Shown: one piece after another, positions 47,355 to 57,002 of the stretch | How the letters are laid out: every line of letters starts with the position of its first letter | Numbering within the stretch: the stretch's first letter is position 1 | From: Patescibacteria group bacterium | Lineage (GTDB): Bacteria > Patescibacteriota > Patescibacteriia > Patescibacteriales > UBA12465 | Length of the DNA: 64,000 nt | Assembly (NCBI GenBank): GCA_041664445.1 | Contig: JBAYKT010000002.1 | Span: 8,629 to 72,628, forward strand | Direction of reading: 5' to 3' | Translations under genes and position numbers: made by a program | Notes under the pieces: model-generated | The model's input: only the letters and a program-made list of their open reading frames with translations | What the model was told of the DNA's origin: nothing | Database searches by the model: none

Positions 47355-47392
47355 AATAAGAAAACAAAAACCGGATAAAATACCCGGTTTTT
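47355..47392 (-). terminator. Intrinsic terminator downstream of the 47415-47945 gene (minus strand): aaaccgg-loop-ccggttt followed by a T-rich run
   Basis: 7-bp stem. The minus-strand read gives tttttgttttcttatttt after the stem. Confidence 0.45.
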
Positions 47393-47414
47393 AAAAAATA
47401 CTGATTTTATAAAA

Positions 47415-47945
47415 TTAAACCTGTTCCGGATGTTCAACATTATTTTCATCCGCTGATGAATATTCTCTAAATGTTTTTTTATCAGCTTTTTTGGATTTTA
47501 TAAATTCAATAATTCCAGAGATAGCAACACTGGAAACGGCTAAAGCGACCAGGGTTCCCGCTAACTTTTTAATATCTCCAGTTTCAAAAGCGTTAGACAA
47601 AGATCCTCCGCCCAGACCAGTTATAATAGTGACTGCTACGGCAACTCCTGGTACTCGTTCTAAAATTCTACTAGCAATGCTAGGATTTTCTTGCAGCGCG
47701 GCTTCTATTTCCTCTTGGTTTCCCAAACTCTTTATTTCTGCCTGTAATTTATCAATATTTTCTTTAAATTCTTGAGCCTCAATATTTATTTCTTCTTCAG
47801 TATTATTTTCATTAGATTTTTCTGCTTCTGGAGCCGAACCAACAGCCAGGGATTCTTTTTTGTGTGGTAAAAATTTTTCGAAAAATTTGTTCATATGTTT
47901 TTTATTAAATAAATTTACACCCAGCCTACATCTCAGCACGAACAT
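47415..47945 (-). CDS. Hypothetical coiled-coil protein with a C-terminal hydrophobic segment. It likely starts at the internal Met at about 47894 (MNKFFEKF).
   Basis: 176-aa ORF with an acidic coiled-coil middle and Gly-rich hydrophobic VAVAVTIITGLGGG. Confidence 0.45.
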   Translation of the reverse strand: MFVLRCRLGVNLFNKKHMNKFFEKFLPHKKESLAVGSAPEAEKSNENNTEEEINIEAQEFKENIDKLQAEIKSLGNQEEIEAALQENPSIASRILERVPGVAVAVTIITGLGGGSLSNAFETGDIKKLAGTLVALAVSSVAISGIIEFIKSKKADKKTFREYSSADENNVEHPEQV

Positions 47946-48099
47946 TTTTTAGCTCTTGACTAGCTTTTAGGGCGGCCACATCTTGGCGTAAATCAGCTAC
48001 TGCCTGATTGGCATTTTTAAAAAATAACAATTTTTCTTCCGGCGTCGCTTGTCCGGCAGAAATTTTTTCGCCTAACTTTTTCGCCTCTTCAATTGTCAT
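47926..48099 (-). CDS. Unannotated 57-aa ORF (MTIEEAKKLGEKISAGQATPEEKLLFFKNANQAVADLRQDVAALKASQELKNVRAEM) between mscL and the downstream gene
   Basis: Below the 60-aa track cutoff. ATG start 25 nt after the mscL stop, same strand, fills an otherwise empty gap. No SD. Confidence 0.25.
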   Translation of the reverse strand: MTIEEAKKLGEKISAGQATPEEKLLFFKNANQAVADLRQDVAALKASQELKNVRAEM

Positions 48100-48123
48100 A
48101 ATCGTTTTAATTAATAAATTAAT

Positions 48124-48573
48124 TTATTCATTTTTATTTTTCAATAAATCTCGAATTTCGGCTAATAATTCTTGGTCCTTAGTTAATGGCGCCGGCTTTT
48201 CATCTTTTTTCTTATCTTCTTCTTCCTCGTTGACTAGTCGGTTCTTAATTTTAGTCAGCACTTTGACCATAAAGAATATGGAAAGGGCGATAATTAAGAA
48301 ATCAAAAATATTTTGCACAAAAACACCAATATTCATGGTTACCGCCGGGGCGCTAATTGCACCCGCAGTATCTTGAACTGCTTGTTTTAATACTATCTTC
48401 CAGCTGGTAAAATCCAGCCCACCAGCAACTACACCGATAAGCGGCATAACTACATCCGAAACTAGTGAAGAAACAATTTTTCCAAAGGCGCCACCGATAA
48501 TTACCGCAACCGCTAAATCAACGACATTCCCTTTAACGGCGAAAGCTTTAAATTCTTTAAAATATTTTTTCAT
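48124..48573 (-). CDS. mscL: Large-conductance mechanosensitive channel MscL
   Basis: N-terminal FKEFKAFAVKGNVVDLAVAVIIGGAFGKIV signature, two TM, 149 aa. Confidence 0.9.
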   Translation of the reverse strand: MKKYFKEFKAFAVKGNVVDLAVAVIIGGAFGKIVSSLVSDVVMPLIGVVAGGLDFTSWKIVLKQAVQDTAGAISAPAVTMNIGVFVQNIFDFLIIALSIFFMVKVLTKIKNRLVNEEEEDKKKDEKPAPLTKDQELLAEIRDLLKNKNE

Positions 48574-48601
48574 ATTTTTGATTTAATCCGCCTATAAATA
48601 A

Positions 48602-51133
48602 TTAAACCCAAGTTACACCGGCAACATGATCGCTATCTTCCTTGAAGCGCATGATTCTGACTCCCTGAGTATCGCGTCCCAAAACATTAACCGATTTAAA
48701 CGGCGTTCTGATTACTTGACCATGATCGGAAATGATAATTAAATCCTTGTCCTCCATCGAATCAGCGTTAACCAAGAAAGCATTGGTAATCTTTCCGGTC
48801 TTGTCGGTTACTTTAGCTGTCTTAATGCCGCTGCCGCCGCGACCCTGAATTTTATAAGCACCAAATTCCGTTCGCTTACCGAAACCATTGGACATGATGG
48901 TTAAAATTTGATAATTTCGTTTTCGTTCTTTATCGGTTTTGGCGACTCCCATGCCAATTAGAGCATCATCTTTATGCAGTCTGATACCAAGAACACCGGC
49001 CGCGCCGCGCCCCATATCACGCACATCACTTTCTTTAAATCTAATTGCTTGTCCTTGAGAGGTTATCAACTGAATGTGGTCGGAGCCGGAAGTCGGCTTA
49101 ACCCAGATTAATTTATCATCATCCTTAATTTTAATCGCAATTAATCCGGAGCGTCGGACATTTTTAAAAGCTTCTAATTCCACCTTCTTGACCAAACCTT
49201 TTTGGGTAGCAAAGAATAAATATTTACTGAAGACTGCTTTATCTAGAGGCAGAATTGAGGATATTTGTTCGCCGCCAATAAGCTGTAAAAAATTAACTAC
49301 CGGCGTGCCTTTGGCAATTCGGGAAGCTTGAGGAATTTCATAAACTTTCAATTGAAATGCGCGTCCTTTAGTTGTAAAGAATAGAACATCATTATGGGTT
49401 AAACTAGTGAACATGAACTCAACCGTATCCTCTTCTTTGGTTGTCAGTCCCATTACCCCCTTGCCTCCGCGAGCCTGGACTTTGAAGGTGTCCGGTTCCA
49501 AGCGTTTAATATAGCCATCGCGGGTCATCATCACCACTGTTTCTTCATTAGGAACTAAATCTTCCATACTGAATTCGCCAACCGCATGAGGGACAACGGC
49601 AGTTTTGCGTTCATCACCATATTTTTCCGTCAGCTCTTTAAGCTCAGTGTTAACGATGCTTCTAATTTTAGCAACTGATTTCAAAATGCTTTCCAATTCT
49701 TTAATCAATTTTAATTTTTCTTTAAGCTCATTCTCAATCCGTTGCTGTTCCAAGTTGGCCAAACTTTGCAAACGCATCTCTAAAATAGCAATTGCTTGTC
49801 TTTCGGATAATTTGAATTTCTTAATCAAACTAAGCTTAGCAACTTCTTTGTCCTTGGAAGCTTTAATAGTTTTAATAACTTCATCAATATTTTTTAAGGC
49901 AATCATCAAGCCTTCTAAAATATGAGCTCTGTCCAACGCTTTATTCAAATCAAATTGTGTGCGGCGACGGACAACCTCTTCACGATGTTTAATATATTCT
50001 TCCAAAATCATTTTCAAAGTCAAAACTTTCGGCTGAATACCATCAACTAGCGCCAGCATATTGAAGTGGAAAGTTGTTTGCAAGCTGGTATGCTTGTATA
50101 AGGTATTTAAAATCTTTTTTGGATAAGAGTCTTTCTTGAGTTCAATAACTACGCGGACGCCATCTTTATCAGACTCATCGCGCAAAGCTTTAATCCCCTC
50201 AATTTTCTTGTCTCTTACTAAATCGGCAATCTTTTCTACTAAGTCAGCCTTATTAACTTGGTAAGGGACTTCACTAATAATAATTTGAAAACCGCCGCTT
50301 TTCATTTCCTCAATCTCCGCCTTACCACGCAAAACGACGCCGCCTTTTCCGGTCGCGTAAGCGTTTAAAATATCTTGTTTATTATAAATAATGCCGCCAG
50401 TTGGGAAATCCGGACCCTTAACAAACTGCGCCAACTCTTCAATACTGGCCTCTGGGTTAGCAATTAAATGTTCAATCGCCGCGGATAACTCTCTTAAATT
50501 ATGCGGAGGAATATTAGTGGCCATACCGACCGCGATACCCATAGTTCCATTCAACAATAGATTAGGGAGTTTAGCGGGCAAAACTTGTGGCTCTTTATGG
50601 CTACCATCAAAATTAGGTAAAAAATTAACCGTTTCCTTTTCAATATCAAACATCATTTCCTCAGAAATGGCCGATAACTTAGCCTCCGTATAACGCATCG
50701 CCGCCGCATTATCACCATCCATGGAACCGAAGTTTCCTTGACCACGAACGAGCGGATAACGCATCGCAAAATCTTGAGCCATTCTGACCATTGAATCATA
50801 AACCGCCGAATCGCCATGAGGATGATATTTACCTAAAACTTCACCGACAACAGTCGCGGACTTACGAAACTTCCCGCCCGCTCTTAAACCAATGCTCCAC
50901 ATCGCATACAAAATACGGCGATGTACCGGTTTTAAACCGTCACGAACATCAGGTAAGGCACGCGAAACAATAACGCTCATCGCGTAATCCAAATAAGACT
51001 TGCTCATTTCTTCAACAATTGGTTGTTCTTCTACCCAACCATATTCGGTTTTTTTGCGGACGTTGGTATTTTCTGGATCTGAATTATTTTCCAAGCGCTC
51101 TTCGTCTTGTGGTTCAAGCTCTTTTTTAGGCAT
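48602..51133 (-). CDS. gyrA: DNA gyrase subunit A
   Basis: [14 protein letters not shown], active-site Tyr region, C-terminal beta-pinwheel repeats, 843 aa. Confidence 0.95.
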   Translation of the reverse strand: MPKKELEPQDEERLENNSDPENTNVRKKTEYGWVEEQPIVEEMSKSYLDYAMSVIVSRALPDVRDGLKPVHRRILYAMWSIGLRAGGKFRKSATVVGEVLGKYHPHGDSAVYDSMVRMAQDFAMRYPLVRGQGNFGSMDGDNAAAMRYTEAKLSAISEEMMFDIEKETVNFLPNFDGSHKEPQVLPAKLPNLLLNGTMGIAVGMATNIPPHNLRELSAAIEHLIANPEASIEELAQFVKGPDFPTGGIIYNKQDILNAYATGKGGVVLRGKAEIEEMKSGGFQIIISEVPYQVNKADLVEKIADLVRDKKIEGIKALRDESDKDGVRVVIELKKDSYPKKILNTLYKHTSLQTTFHFNMLALVDGIQPKVLTLKMILEEYIKHREEVVRRRTQFDLNKALDRAHILEGLMIALKNIDEVIKTIKASKDKEVAKLSLIKKFKLSERQAIAILEMRLQSLANLEQQRIENELKEKLKLIKELESILKSVAKIRSIVNTELKELTEKYGDERKTAVVPHAVGEFSMEDLVPNEETVVMMTRDGYIKRLEPDTFKVQARGGKGVMGLTTKEEDTVEFMFTSLTHNDVLFFTTKGRAFQLKVYEIPQASRIAKGTPVVNFLQLIGGEQISSILPLDKAVFSKYLFFATQKGLVKKVELEAFKNVRRSGLIAIKIKDDDKLIWVKPTSGSDHIQLITSQGQAIRFKESDVRDMGRGAAGVLGIRLHKDDALIGMGVAKTDKERKRNYQILTIMSNGFGKRTEFGAYKIQGRGGSGIKTAKVTDKTGKITNAFLVNADSMEDKDLIIISDHGQVIRTPFKSVNVLGRDTQGVRIMRFKEDSDHVAGVTWV

Positions 51134-51143
51134 AAAGATAAAA

Positions 51144-51650
51144 CTAATAAGCTATTTGCGTAATTCCTTCGCAACCTGCCGGAATTTGGCAAGGCTTTGA
51201 TTCGCCGATAGTCGGCATACAATCTATATAAGATGGGCAATTATTATTGACTCTGTTTGGCGGGGTAGGTAAAACGGTTTCGTTAGTCGGTGAGCTCGTC
51301 GCCATCGTACTGGAAGCGTTATTAAACATTTCGGTAGACGTGGCTTCGCTTGAAGAAGAATTTTTATTAACCTCTTCCATTACGCCGTTCAAAAGCCCAT
51401 TAACGTCTTCTTTTAACTTGGCTTGTTGCTCCTGATCTTTGATTTTTTCAGTAGCTTCGCTCAGGGAGTCGCCGATTTCTTTTTTAAGTTCATTTAGTTT
51501 AGCGACATCAGGACTTTTTTCGGCGCGCAGTTTATTCATCTCAAAAACATTCTTCAAATTTAGAAACCAAAATAAAAAAATAACAACCGCTAACGAAGCG
51601 ACTAAAATTTTTGTTAACATGAGTTTTTTCCGGCGCTCCTCTTCCGTCAT
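51144..51650 (-). CDS. Hypothetical N-terminally anchored protein with a coiled coil and a C-terminal Cys-rich tail ([25 protein letters not shown])
   Basis: [18 protein letters not shown]. No recognisable family. Confidence 0.45.
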   Translation of the reverse strand: MTEEERRKKLMLTKILVASLAVVIFLFWFLNLKNVFEMNKLRAEKSPDVAKLNELKKEIGDSLSEATEKIKDQEQQAKLKEDVNGLLNGVMEEVNKNSSSSEATSTEMFNNASSTMATSSPTNETVLPTPPNRVNNNCPSYIDCMPTIGESKPCQIPAGCEGITQIAY

Positions 51651-51660
51651 ATTATTTAAA

Positions 51661-52263
51661 CTATTCTTTAATGCCGTCTAAATTGACATCATACAAAATC
51701 TTCTCGGCAATCAAAGTATATTTCAATATCTCTTCTTCACTAAACCAAAGCGGGATTTCTCTCGCTGCGTCTTCAACCGGATCGGAACAATGGACTAAAT
51801 TGCGAACGGCTCTTTCATCTAAACTCGCGAGTTCATAAGAATCTAAAGTGTAGTCACCGCGAATTGTTCCGCCATCAGAAGATAACGGTTCGGTCGCGCC
51901 CACAATTTTCTTAACAATACCGACAGCTTGGTTTCCCTCCCAAATCATCGGGACAATCGGACCGCAGCTCATAAATTTAACCAAGGCACGAATAATATCT
52001 TTACCATACTCAATGGCCTCTTTTTCAATCGGCATTCCAGCTGCTTTTCTTTCTTCAACTGTTCTTTCGCCTTTCTTTAAAAACCAGGCATCATCTTTAG
52101 CATAATGCTTCCATAGCTGGTCTTCAGTCGCCATAACCATCTTCATGGCCACTAACTTTAAACCAGTATTTTCTATTCTCTTAATAGTTTCTCCAATCAA
52201 CCCGCGTTGAACAGCGTCCGGTTTTAGAATAACAAATGTTCTTTCTTTTTTAGGATTAATCAT
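51661..52263 (-). CDS. ndk: Nucleoside diphosphate kinase with an insertion of about 50 aa
   Basis: ERTFVILKPDAVQRGLIGETIKRIE, with the active-site His in NLVHCSDP. 200 aa, versus about 140-150 aa in typical Ndk. Confidence 0.8.
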   Translation of the reverse strand: MINPKKERTFVILKPDAVQRGLIGETIKRIENTGLKLVAMKMVMATEDQLWKHYAKDDAWFLKKGERTVEERKAAGMPIEKEAIEYGKDIIRALVKFMSCGPIVPMIWEGNQAVGIVKKIVGATEPLSSDGGTIRGDYTLDSYELASLDERAVRNLVHCSDPVEDAAREIPLWFSEEEILKYTLIAEKILYDVNLDGIKE

Positions 52264-52297
52264 AAATTTTGTTTCCCTTTATCTTCGGGATTTGGTA

Positions 52298-52942
52298 TTA
52301 AATACTTAATATTACTAGCTCCATATCTTCTTGCGGAAGATCTTTTTTAGAAATTTTTAATTTTTCTTCATAGGTCGGCTTGAGACCTAATTCTTTAATA
52401 AATTTATCAACCGGATCAATATCCATTTTTAAATCCGGAGTTTTATAATGCATCGGAATTACAATTCGCGGTTCAATTTGCGAAATCACTTCAACGGCCG
52501 CTTTGGCATCCAGTGTATATTTCCCGCCAACCGGAATTAATAAAATATCGGTGCCCACTAATTTTTCGAGCTGAGTGCTATCTAATGGTCCGCCCAAATC
52601 TCCCAAATGAGCAATGGAAACATCGTCCACTTCCATTCTATATATAATGTTGCCGCCGCGCTCGGAGCCTTTCTTGTCATCATGAAAAGAATCAATTCCT
52701 TCTACTAGAACGCCCTTAAAATCATATTCACCGGCACAATCTATTACAAATGGGTTGCCGCGCAAGGCGCTGGCATTGTTATGGTCATCGTGATCATGAG
52801 AAATAGTTATAATATCGGCTTCAAAGTTAGGGACTTTCAAGCCAGTATTTTTGCCATAGGGATCGGTCACAACTGTTACGCCCTCGGGTCCAATTTTATC
52901 TTGAATTTTAAAGCAGGAATGTCCTTGCCAAGTGATAATCAT
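52298..52942 (-). CDS. UPF0173-family metal-dependent hydrolase (MBL fold)
   Basis: MIITWQGHSCFKIQ start and HxHxDH-type motif ISHDHDDHNN. Confidence 0.8.
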   Translation of the reverse strand: MIITWQGHSCFKIQDKIGPEGVTVVTDPYGKNTGLKVPNFEADIITISHDHDDHNNASALRGNPFVIDCAGEYDFKGVLVEGIDSFHDDKKGSERGGNIIYRMEVDDVSIAHLGDLGGPLDSTQLEKLVGTDILLIPVGGKYTLDAKAAVEVISQIEPRIVIPMHYKTPDLKMDIDPVDKFIKELGLKPTYEEKLKISKKDLPQEDMELVILSI

Positions 52943-53065
52943 ATAGGTATTACAATAAAAACGGGCTTATAACCCTAAAATTATTATAGCAAACGGAATG
53001 TCCGCGGTCAACCGCCGATAATAGCCGTCAAGCAATAAATATGGCTAATTATTAACCAATTTGGC

Positions 53066-53102
53066 AATAAAAAAGAAGCCCCATCTTTTGCAAGAGGGGC
53101 CT
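53066..53102 (-). terminator. Intrinsic terminator downstream of the secreted-protein gene (minus strand): gcccctctt/aagaggggc-type hairpin plus a T-run
   Basis: The minus-strand read gives ttcttttttattgcc after the stem. Confidence 0.45.
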
Positions 53103-53131
53103 CAAAACTCATTATCTACTTAGGAGTAGAA

Positions 53132-54127
53132 TTACCTGGAGCTTGGACGCTTAAAATCCATAATTGTGATATCATTTCGACTAATCGAAATGTTTTGCTC
53201 TTTGGACTTGCTTCCAGTCATCAGCGGTTTGTTGGAATCATCTACCAACAAGATTAGGATGGCTTGGACAGGTAAACCGTCCGGACCCTTGTATTGGATT
53301 GGGAGAATATTCCAACCAACATATAAGTCGAGACGAGTCGGAACATTATCCGACACAACTTTGCCTAAAGAAGCACCTTCAGCAATAATAAACGGAAATC
53401 CTAATTTGGAAACGATGACCTTTTTGGTCAGTTTGCCGTCATTGGCTTTCATGATGTTTTCTGGTTTGATTTCCAAAATGTCTTGTCCTTCGACAATAAT
53501 TTTGTCGACAATTGCCCAGGTATAATTTATACCATTTTTAGTGGAAGCATCTTCCTTTTCTTCCATTAAGAGGGCGGGAAACATTATTTCCCCAGTTTTG
53601 AGAGTCGCACTACGGCTCGATTGTTGACCAGAAGCCAGGGCTAAACCACGGAAAGGTTCCGAGGGAACAAAAAGGCTTTGTCCTTTTAATCCATTTTTTG
53701 GCTTAACAGTGGCATAACTCCACCAGTCATCAGGACTTTGGGCCTGATTACCGGAAATAGCAGTGCCGCCAAAATCAGCGGTAGCGCCTTTTGTTTGAGA
53801 TATTTCCTCATCTGCGACAGAAGCGTCGGGCTGGTCGTTGTTAGCTGGATCAAAATCCTTCAAAACGATTCTGCCTTTAGTCACCCGGCGAGCAAGATTA
53901 ACTGATTCCTTCAAAACCAGTCCATCATAATATGCCAGTGTAAACTGACCAACACCACCTTTTACGGTAATAGAGAGCTCTTTGGAAGCACGAGCGTTAA
54001 TAATCTGGTCGTCGACCAAGATTTTTTTAGCGGTCGCATTGGCAACCAAAACATTTTGTTTTTGAGCCCACGAGCTCATCGGGAATAAAATTCCTAACAA
54101 CAAGAAAAACAAGATACTTTTTTTCAT
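53132..54127 (-). CDS. Secreted hypothetical protein (331 aa) with a signal peptide
   Basis: MKKSILFFLLLGILFPMSSWAQ signal peptide. No confident family assignment from sequence; a SAF-like beta-rich N-domain is possible. Confidence 0.55.
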   Translation of the reverse strand: MKKSILFFLLLGILFPMSSWAQKQNVLVANATAKKILVDDQIINARASKELSITVKGGVGQFTLAYYDGLVLKESVNLARRVTKGRIVLKDFDPANNDQPDASVADEEISQTKGATADFGGTAISGNQAQSPDDWWSYATVKPKNGLKGQSLFVPSEPFRGLALASGQQSSRSATLKTGEIMFPALLMEEKEDASTKNGINYTWAIVDKIIVEGQDILEIKPENIMKANDGKLTKKVIVSKLGFPFIIAEGASLGKVVSDNVPTRLDLYVGWNILPIQYKGPDGLPVQAILILLVDDSNKPLMTGSKSKEQNISISRNDITIMDFKRPSSR

Positions 54128-54247
54128 GATTTCTACTATTTTAAGGTTAAAAAATTTTTAATGAACTATAAAGTTTGAGCCAAAATAAAAACATTTTGAC
54201 CCCTAACTATATCATTCTTATCTAATTTTGTCAATATTTTATAAATA

Positions 54248-55117
54248 CTACCTAATTTCAGCCAAAATATCTATCGTGTCATTAATATCGGTGCGCTGAA
54301 CCTCAATCCCCATAATTTCCGCTCTATCTAGAACCTCTTGATTGGGATGTCCAAAACGATTATCTTTTCCCACCGAAATTATCATTTTTTGGGGTCTAAC
54401 TGCCTTCAAAAAAGCCTCTGTATTAGAAGTTTTGGAGCCATGATGCGAAGCTTTAAAAATATCCGCACGTAAATCAAAACTACTTTTTATTAACGCACTT
54501 TCTGCTGCCGCTTCATTATCACCAGCAAATAAAAATTCATGGTCAGCGCAATCCAATTTGGCCGTCAAGGAATTATTTTCGTTATCTTTAATATTCAAAC
54601 TAGTAGGATTTATAAAAAACAAACGGCAATAGCCATCCAAACGCAAAGTACCGGTTGTTTTTATATTTATTAGCGGCAAATTTAATTTTTTAATTTCTTC
54701 TTGAAGCGCCATAACTGCCGGCGAAGAAATTTCTGAAGATACAAAAATAATTTTAGCAACCTGATAACGTTTTAAAACTTCAACTAATCCTATTATGTGG
54801 TCATCGTGAAAATGACTAATGATAATATAATCTAAGCGGCGAATATAAAAAGGCAGCACTTCTCCCAAGCGATGCAGAATTAAATTATCCGGTCCGCCAT
54901 CAATTAAAATATTTTTATTGCTTGGCGTTCTAATTAAAATGGCGTCTCCTTGGCCGACATTAAAAAAATAAACATGTAGAAGATTTCTCCTTACTGAAAA
55001 AATAAATAAAAAAATGCCGAACAATAAAATAAATCCGATAATAATTAAAAAATATTTATTTTTTCGGCAACGCGCTATTGTTTTATCTTTTTTAAACATA
55101 TATTCCATTATAAACAA
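54248..55117 (-). CDS. Stand-alone ComEC/Rec2-type metallo-beta-lactamase domain protein with an N-terminal TM anchor
   Basis: YFFNVGQGDAILIRTPSNKNILIDGG and ISHFHDDHIIGL motifs. 289 aa, lacking the competence channel domain. Confidence 0.75.
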   Translation of the reverse strand: MFIMEYMFKKDKTIARCRKNKYFLIIIGFILLFGIFLFIFSVRRNLLHVYFFNVGQGDAILIRTPSNKNILIDGGPDNLILHRLGEVLPFYIRRLDYIIISHFHDDHIIGLVEVLKRYQVAKIIFVSSEISSPAVMALQEEIKKLNLPLINIKTTGTLRLDGYCRLFFINPTSLNIKDNENNSLTAKLDCADHEFLFAGDNEAAAESALIKSSFDLRADIFKASHHGSKTSNTEAFLKAVRPQKMIISVGKDNRFGHPNQEVLDRAEIMGIEVQRTDINDTIDILAEIR

Positions 55118-55132
55118 TAGCGCCTAAACGCG

Positions 55133-55169
55133 CCCTAAAAACAAAAACCATCCTGATTCCGCAGGACGG
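55133..55169 (-). terminator. Intrinsic terminator for the Lys-rich small gene (minus strand): ccgtcctg-cggaat-caggatgg followed by tttttgttttt
   Basis: 8-bp stem with one mismatch, followed by a strong T-run. Confidence 0.5.
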
Positions 55170-55225
55170 CCTTTGTATAATTTTTAAATTGATAAAATCT
55201 ATTAAAAAGTAATAAATTTTAAAAA

Positions 55226-55381
55226 TTATTTTTTCTTGGCGGTTTTCTTCTTAGGAGCAGCCTTTTTAACAGCTTTTTTTACAACCTTCTTAGCCGGTTT
55301 CTTAGCAACCTTCTTAACGGCTTTCTTGGCTGGCTTCTTAGCAGCAACCTTCTTCACAACCTTTTTTGCTTTCTTTTTCAT
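55226..55381 (-). CDS. Unannotated 51-aa Lys/Ala-rich histone-H1-like DNA-binding protein MKKKAKKVVKKVAAKKPAKKAVKKVAKKPAKKVVKKAVKKAAPKKKTAKKK
   Basis: ATG at 55379-55381 is preceded on the minus strand by GGGGGTGAG, a rare strong SD-like site in this window. It has its own terminator at 55133-55169 and an AT-rich promoter region upstream. The plus-strand ORF 55236-55457 (FLAGFLATF repeats) is its antisense shadow. Confidence 0.55.
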   Translation of the reverse strand: MKKKAKKVVKKVAAKKPAKKAVKKVAKKPAKKVVKKAVKKAAPKKKTAKKK

Positions 55382-55518
55382 AATTCTCACCCCCTTTCTT
55401 AAAAAAATTTTTTGTTTTTTTTCTTTTGATCAAAAAAAAATTTTTTATTTTTTATAATATACTTAAATTATACAACTAATAAAAATAACTAGCAATAGTT
55501 TTTTACTTTTTTGTAAAA

Positions 55519-55545
55519 AAAATCTCCGGCGCCGGTAGCGCCGAA
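55519..55545 (-). terminator. Intrinsic terminator downstream of glyQS (minus strand): cggcgc-cggta-gcgccg plus T8
   Basis: The minus-strand read gives gagattttttttacaa after the stem. Confidence 0.5.
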
Positions 55546-55600
55546 GAAATTTTTATCTGCCAAACTATTTTTTAAAATATTTTTTCTGGGATTTAAACGT

Positions 55601-56989
55601 TTAAATTTTTTCTTGAAAAAATTTTCTTAAATCATTTATTTTTATTCTTTCTTGTTTCATGGTATCGCGATCGCGCACCGTCACTTCTTCATTTTCCAAA
55701 GTATCAAAATCTACTGTTAAACAATAAGGGGTACCAATTTCATCTTGACGACGATATCTTTTACCGATGTTACCGTTATCATCAAACTCCGAACGCCAAT
55801 CTTTTTTTAAATCATCAAAAATTTCTCTGGCTTTAGCCACTAATTCTGGTTTATTTTTTAATAACGGGAAAACAGCAATTTTAACTGGGGCTAACTTCGG
55901 TGCTAAGCGCAAAACAGTTCTCATTTCTTCTCCCACCGCTTCTTCTTGATAAGCTTCGCAAAATACGGCCAAAAAAGTTCTACCGACGCCAGCTGAAGTT
56001 TCCACTACATGCGGAATAAATTTTTCATTGGTGGTCGGATCCAAATAATTTAAATCTTGTCCAGAAAATTTACTATGTTGGGTTAAATCATAATCGCCGC
56101 GAGCATGGACTCCTTCTAATTCCTTAAAGCCAAAAGGAAAGTTATATTCAATGTCATAAGCTTCCTGGGCATAAAAAACTAAATTTTCATGCTTATGCCA
56201 CTTTAAATTTTCGGGGGCAATGCCTAAATCAAGATAAAAATTGAAACGGGTCTCGCGCCATTTTTCAAAATAGACCATATCATCTCCCGGCTTTACGAAA
56301 TATTGCATTTCCATCTGCTCAAACTCCCGCGTTCTAAAAACAAATTGACGAGCAGTGATTTCATTGCGAAAAGCTTTGCCGATTTGCGCAATTCCGAAAG
56401 GAATTTTAACTCTGGCGGTATCAACTACATTTTTAAAATTAACATATATACCCTGACAGGTTTCGCCACGCAAATAAGTCGGCTCTTTAGACCAATCACC
56501 GGTAAAGTTCCCTAAATTTGATTGCACTAATAAATTAAATTTCTTTCCAGGAGTAAAATCTTGCGCCCCGCAACTCGGACATTTTATTTTTTGCTTATTG
56601 TCTTCAAAAATTTGGTTAATTTCGTCTTCGGTCATTTTTTCATCAGCAAAAATTCCTGCCTCCTCTAATAAAGAGTCTAAGCGCAAGCGACTATGGCATT
56701 TGCGGCATTCAGTGAGCGGATCGGAAAATCCCTTAACATGGCCGGAAGCTTCCCAAATTTTCGGATTCATAAAAATAGCAGAATCCAAACCTACAACATC
56801 ATCACGTAATTGAGTCATTGCCCGCCACCATTCCTTCTTAATATTGTTAGCGAGTTCCACGCCATAAGGACCAAAATCATAAACCGCTGGAAAGCCGCCA
56901 TAAATTTCCGAGGATGGAAAAACAAATCCGCGGCGTTTAGCGAGAGAGACTATTTTTTCTAAATTATTCTGGGCTTCACTTTTCTTCAT
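55601..56989 (-). CDS. glyQS: Glycine--tRNA ligase (dimeric alpha2 type)
   Basis: N-terminal LAKRRGFVFPSSEIYGG and class II motifs. 462 aa. Confidence 0.9.
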   Translation of the reverse strand: MKKSEAQNNLEKIVSLAKRRGFVFPSSEIYGGFPAVYDFGPYGVELANNIKKEWWRAMTQLRDDVVGLDSAIFMNPKIWEASGHVKGFSDPLTECRKCHSRLRLDSLLEEAGIFADEKMTEDEINQIFEDNKQKIKCPSCGAQDFTPGKKFNLLVQSNLGNFTGDWSKEPTYLRGETCQGIYVNFKNVVDTARVKIPFGIAQIGKAFRNEITARQFVFRTREFEQMEMQYFVKPGDDMVYFEKWRETRFNFYLDLGIAPENLKWHKHENLVFYAQEAYDIEYNFPFGFKELEGVHARGDYDLTQHSKFSGQDLNYLDPTTNEKFIPHVVETSAGVGRTFLAVFCEAYQEEAVGEEMRTVLRLAPKLAPVKIAVFPLLKNKPELVAKAREIFDDLKKDWRSEFDDNGNIGKRYRRQDEIGTPYCLTVDFDTLENEEVTVRDRDTMKQERIKINDLRKFFQEKI

Positions 56990-57002
56990 ATATTTTTTAT
57001 TT

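Noticed and set aside
55236-55457. 73-aa plus-strand ORF with FLAGFLATFLTAFLAGFL repeats
   Set aside because: It is the antisense shadow of the Lys/Ala-rich minus-strand gene. It has no RBS or promoter logic, and its repetitive Phe/Leu/Ala composition is what AAG/GCC repeats encode on the other strand.
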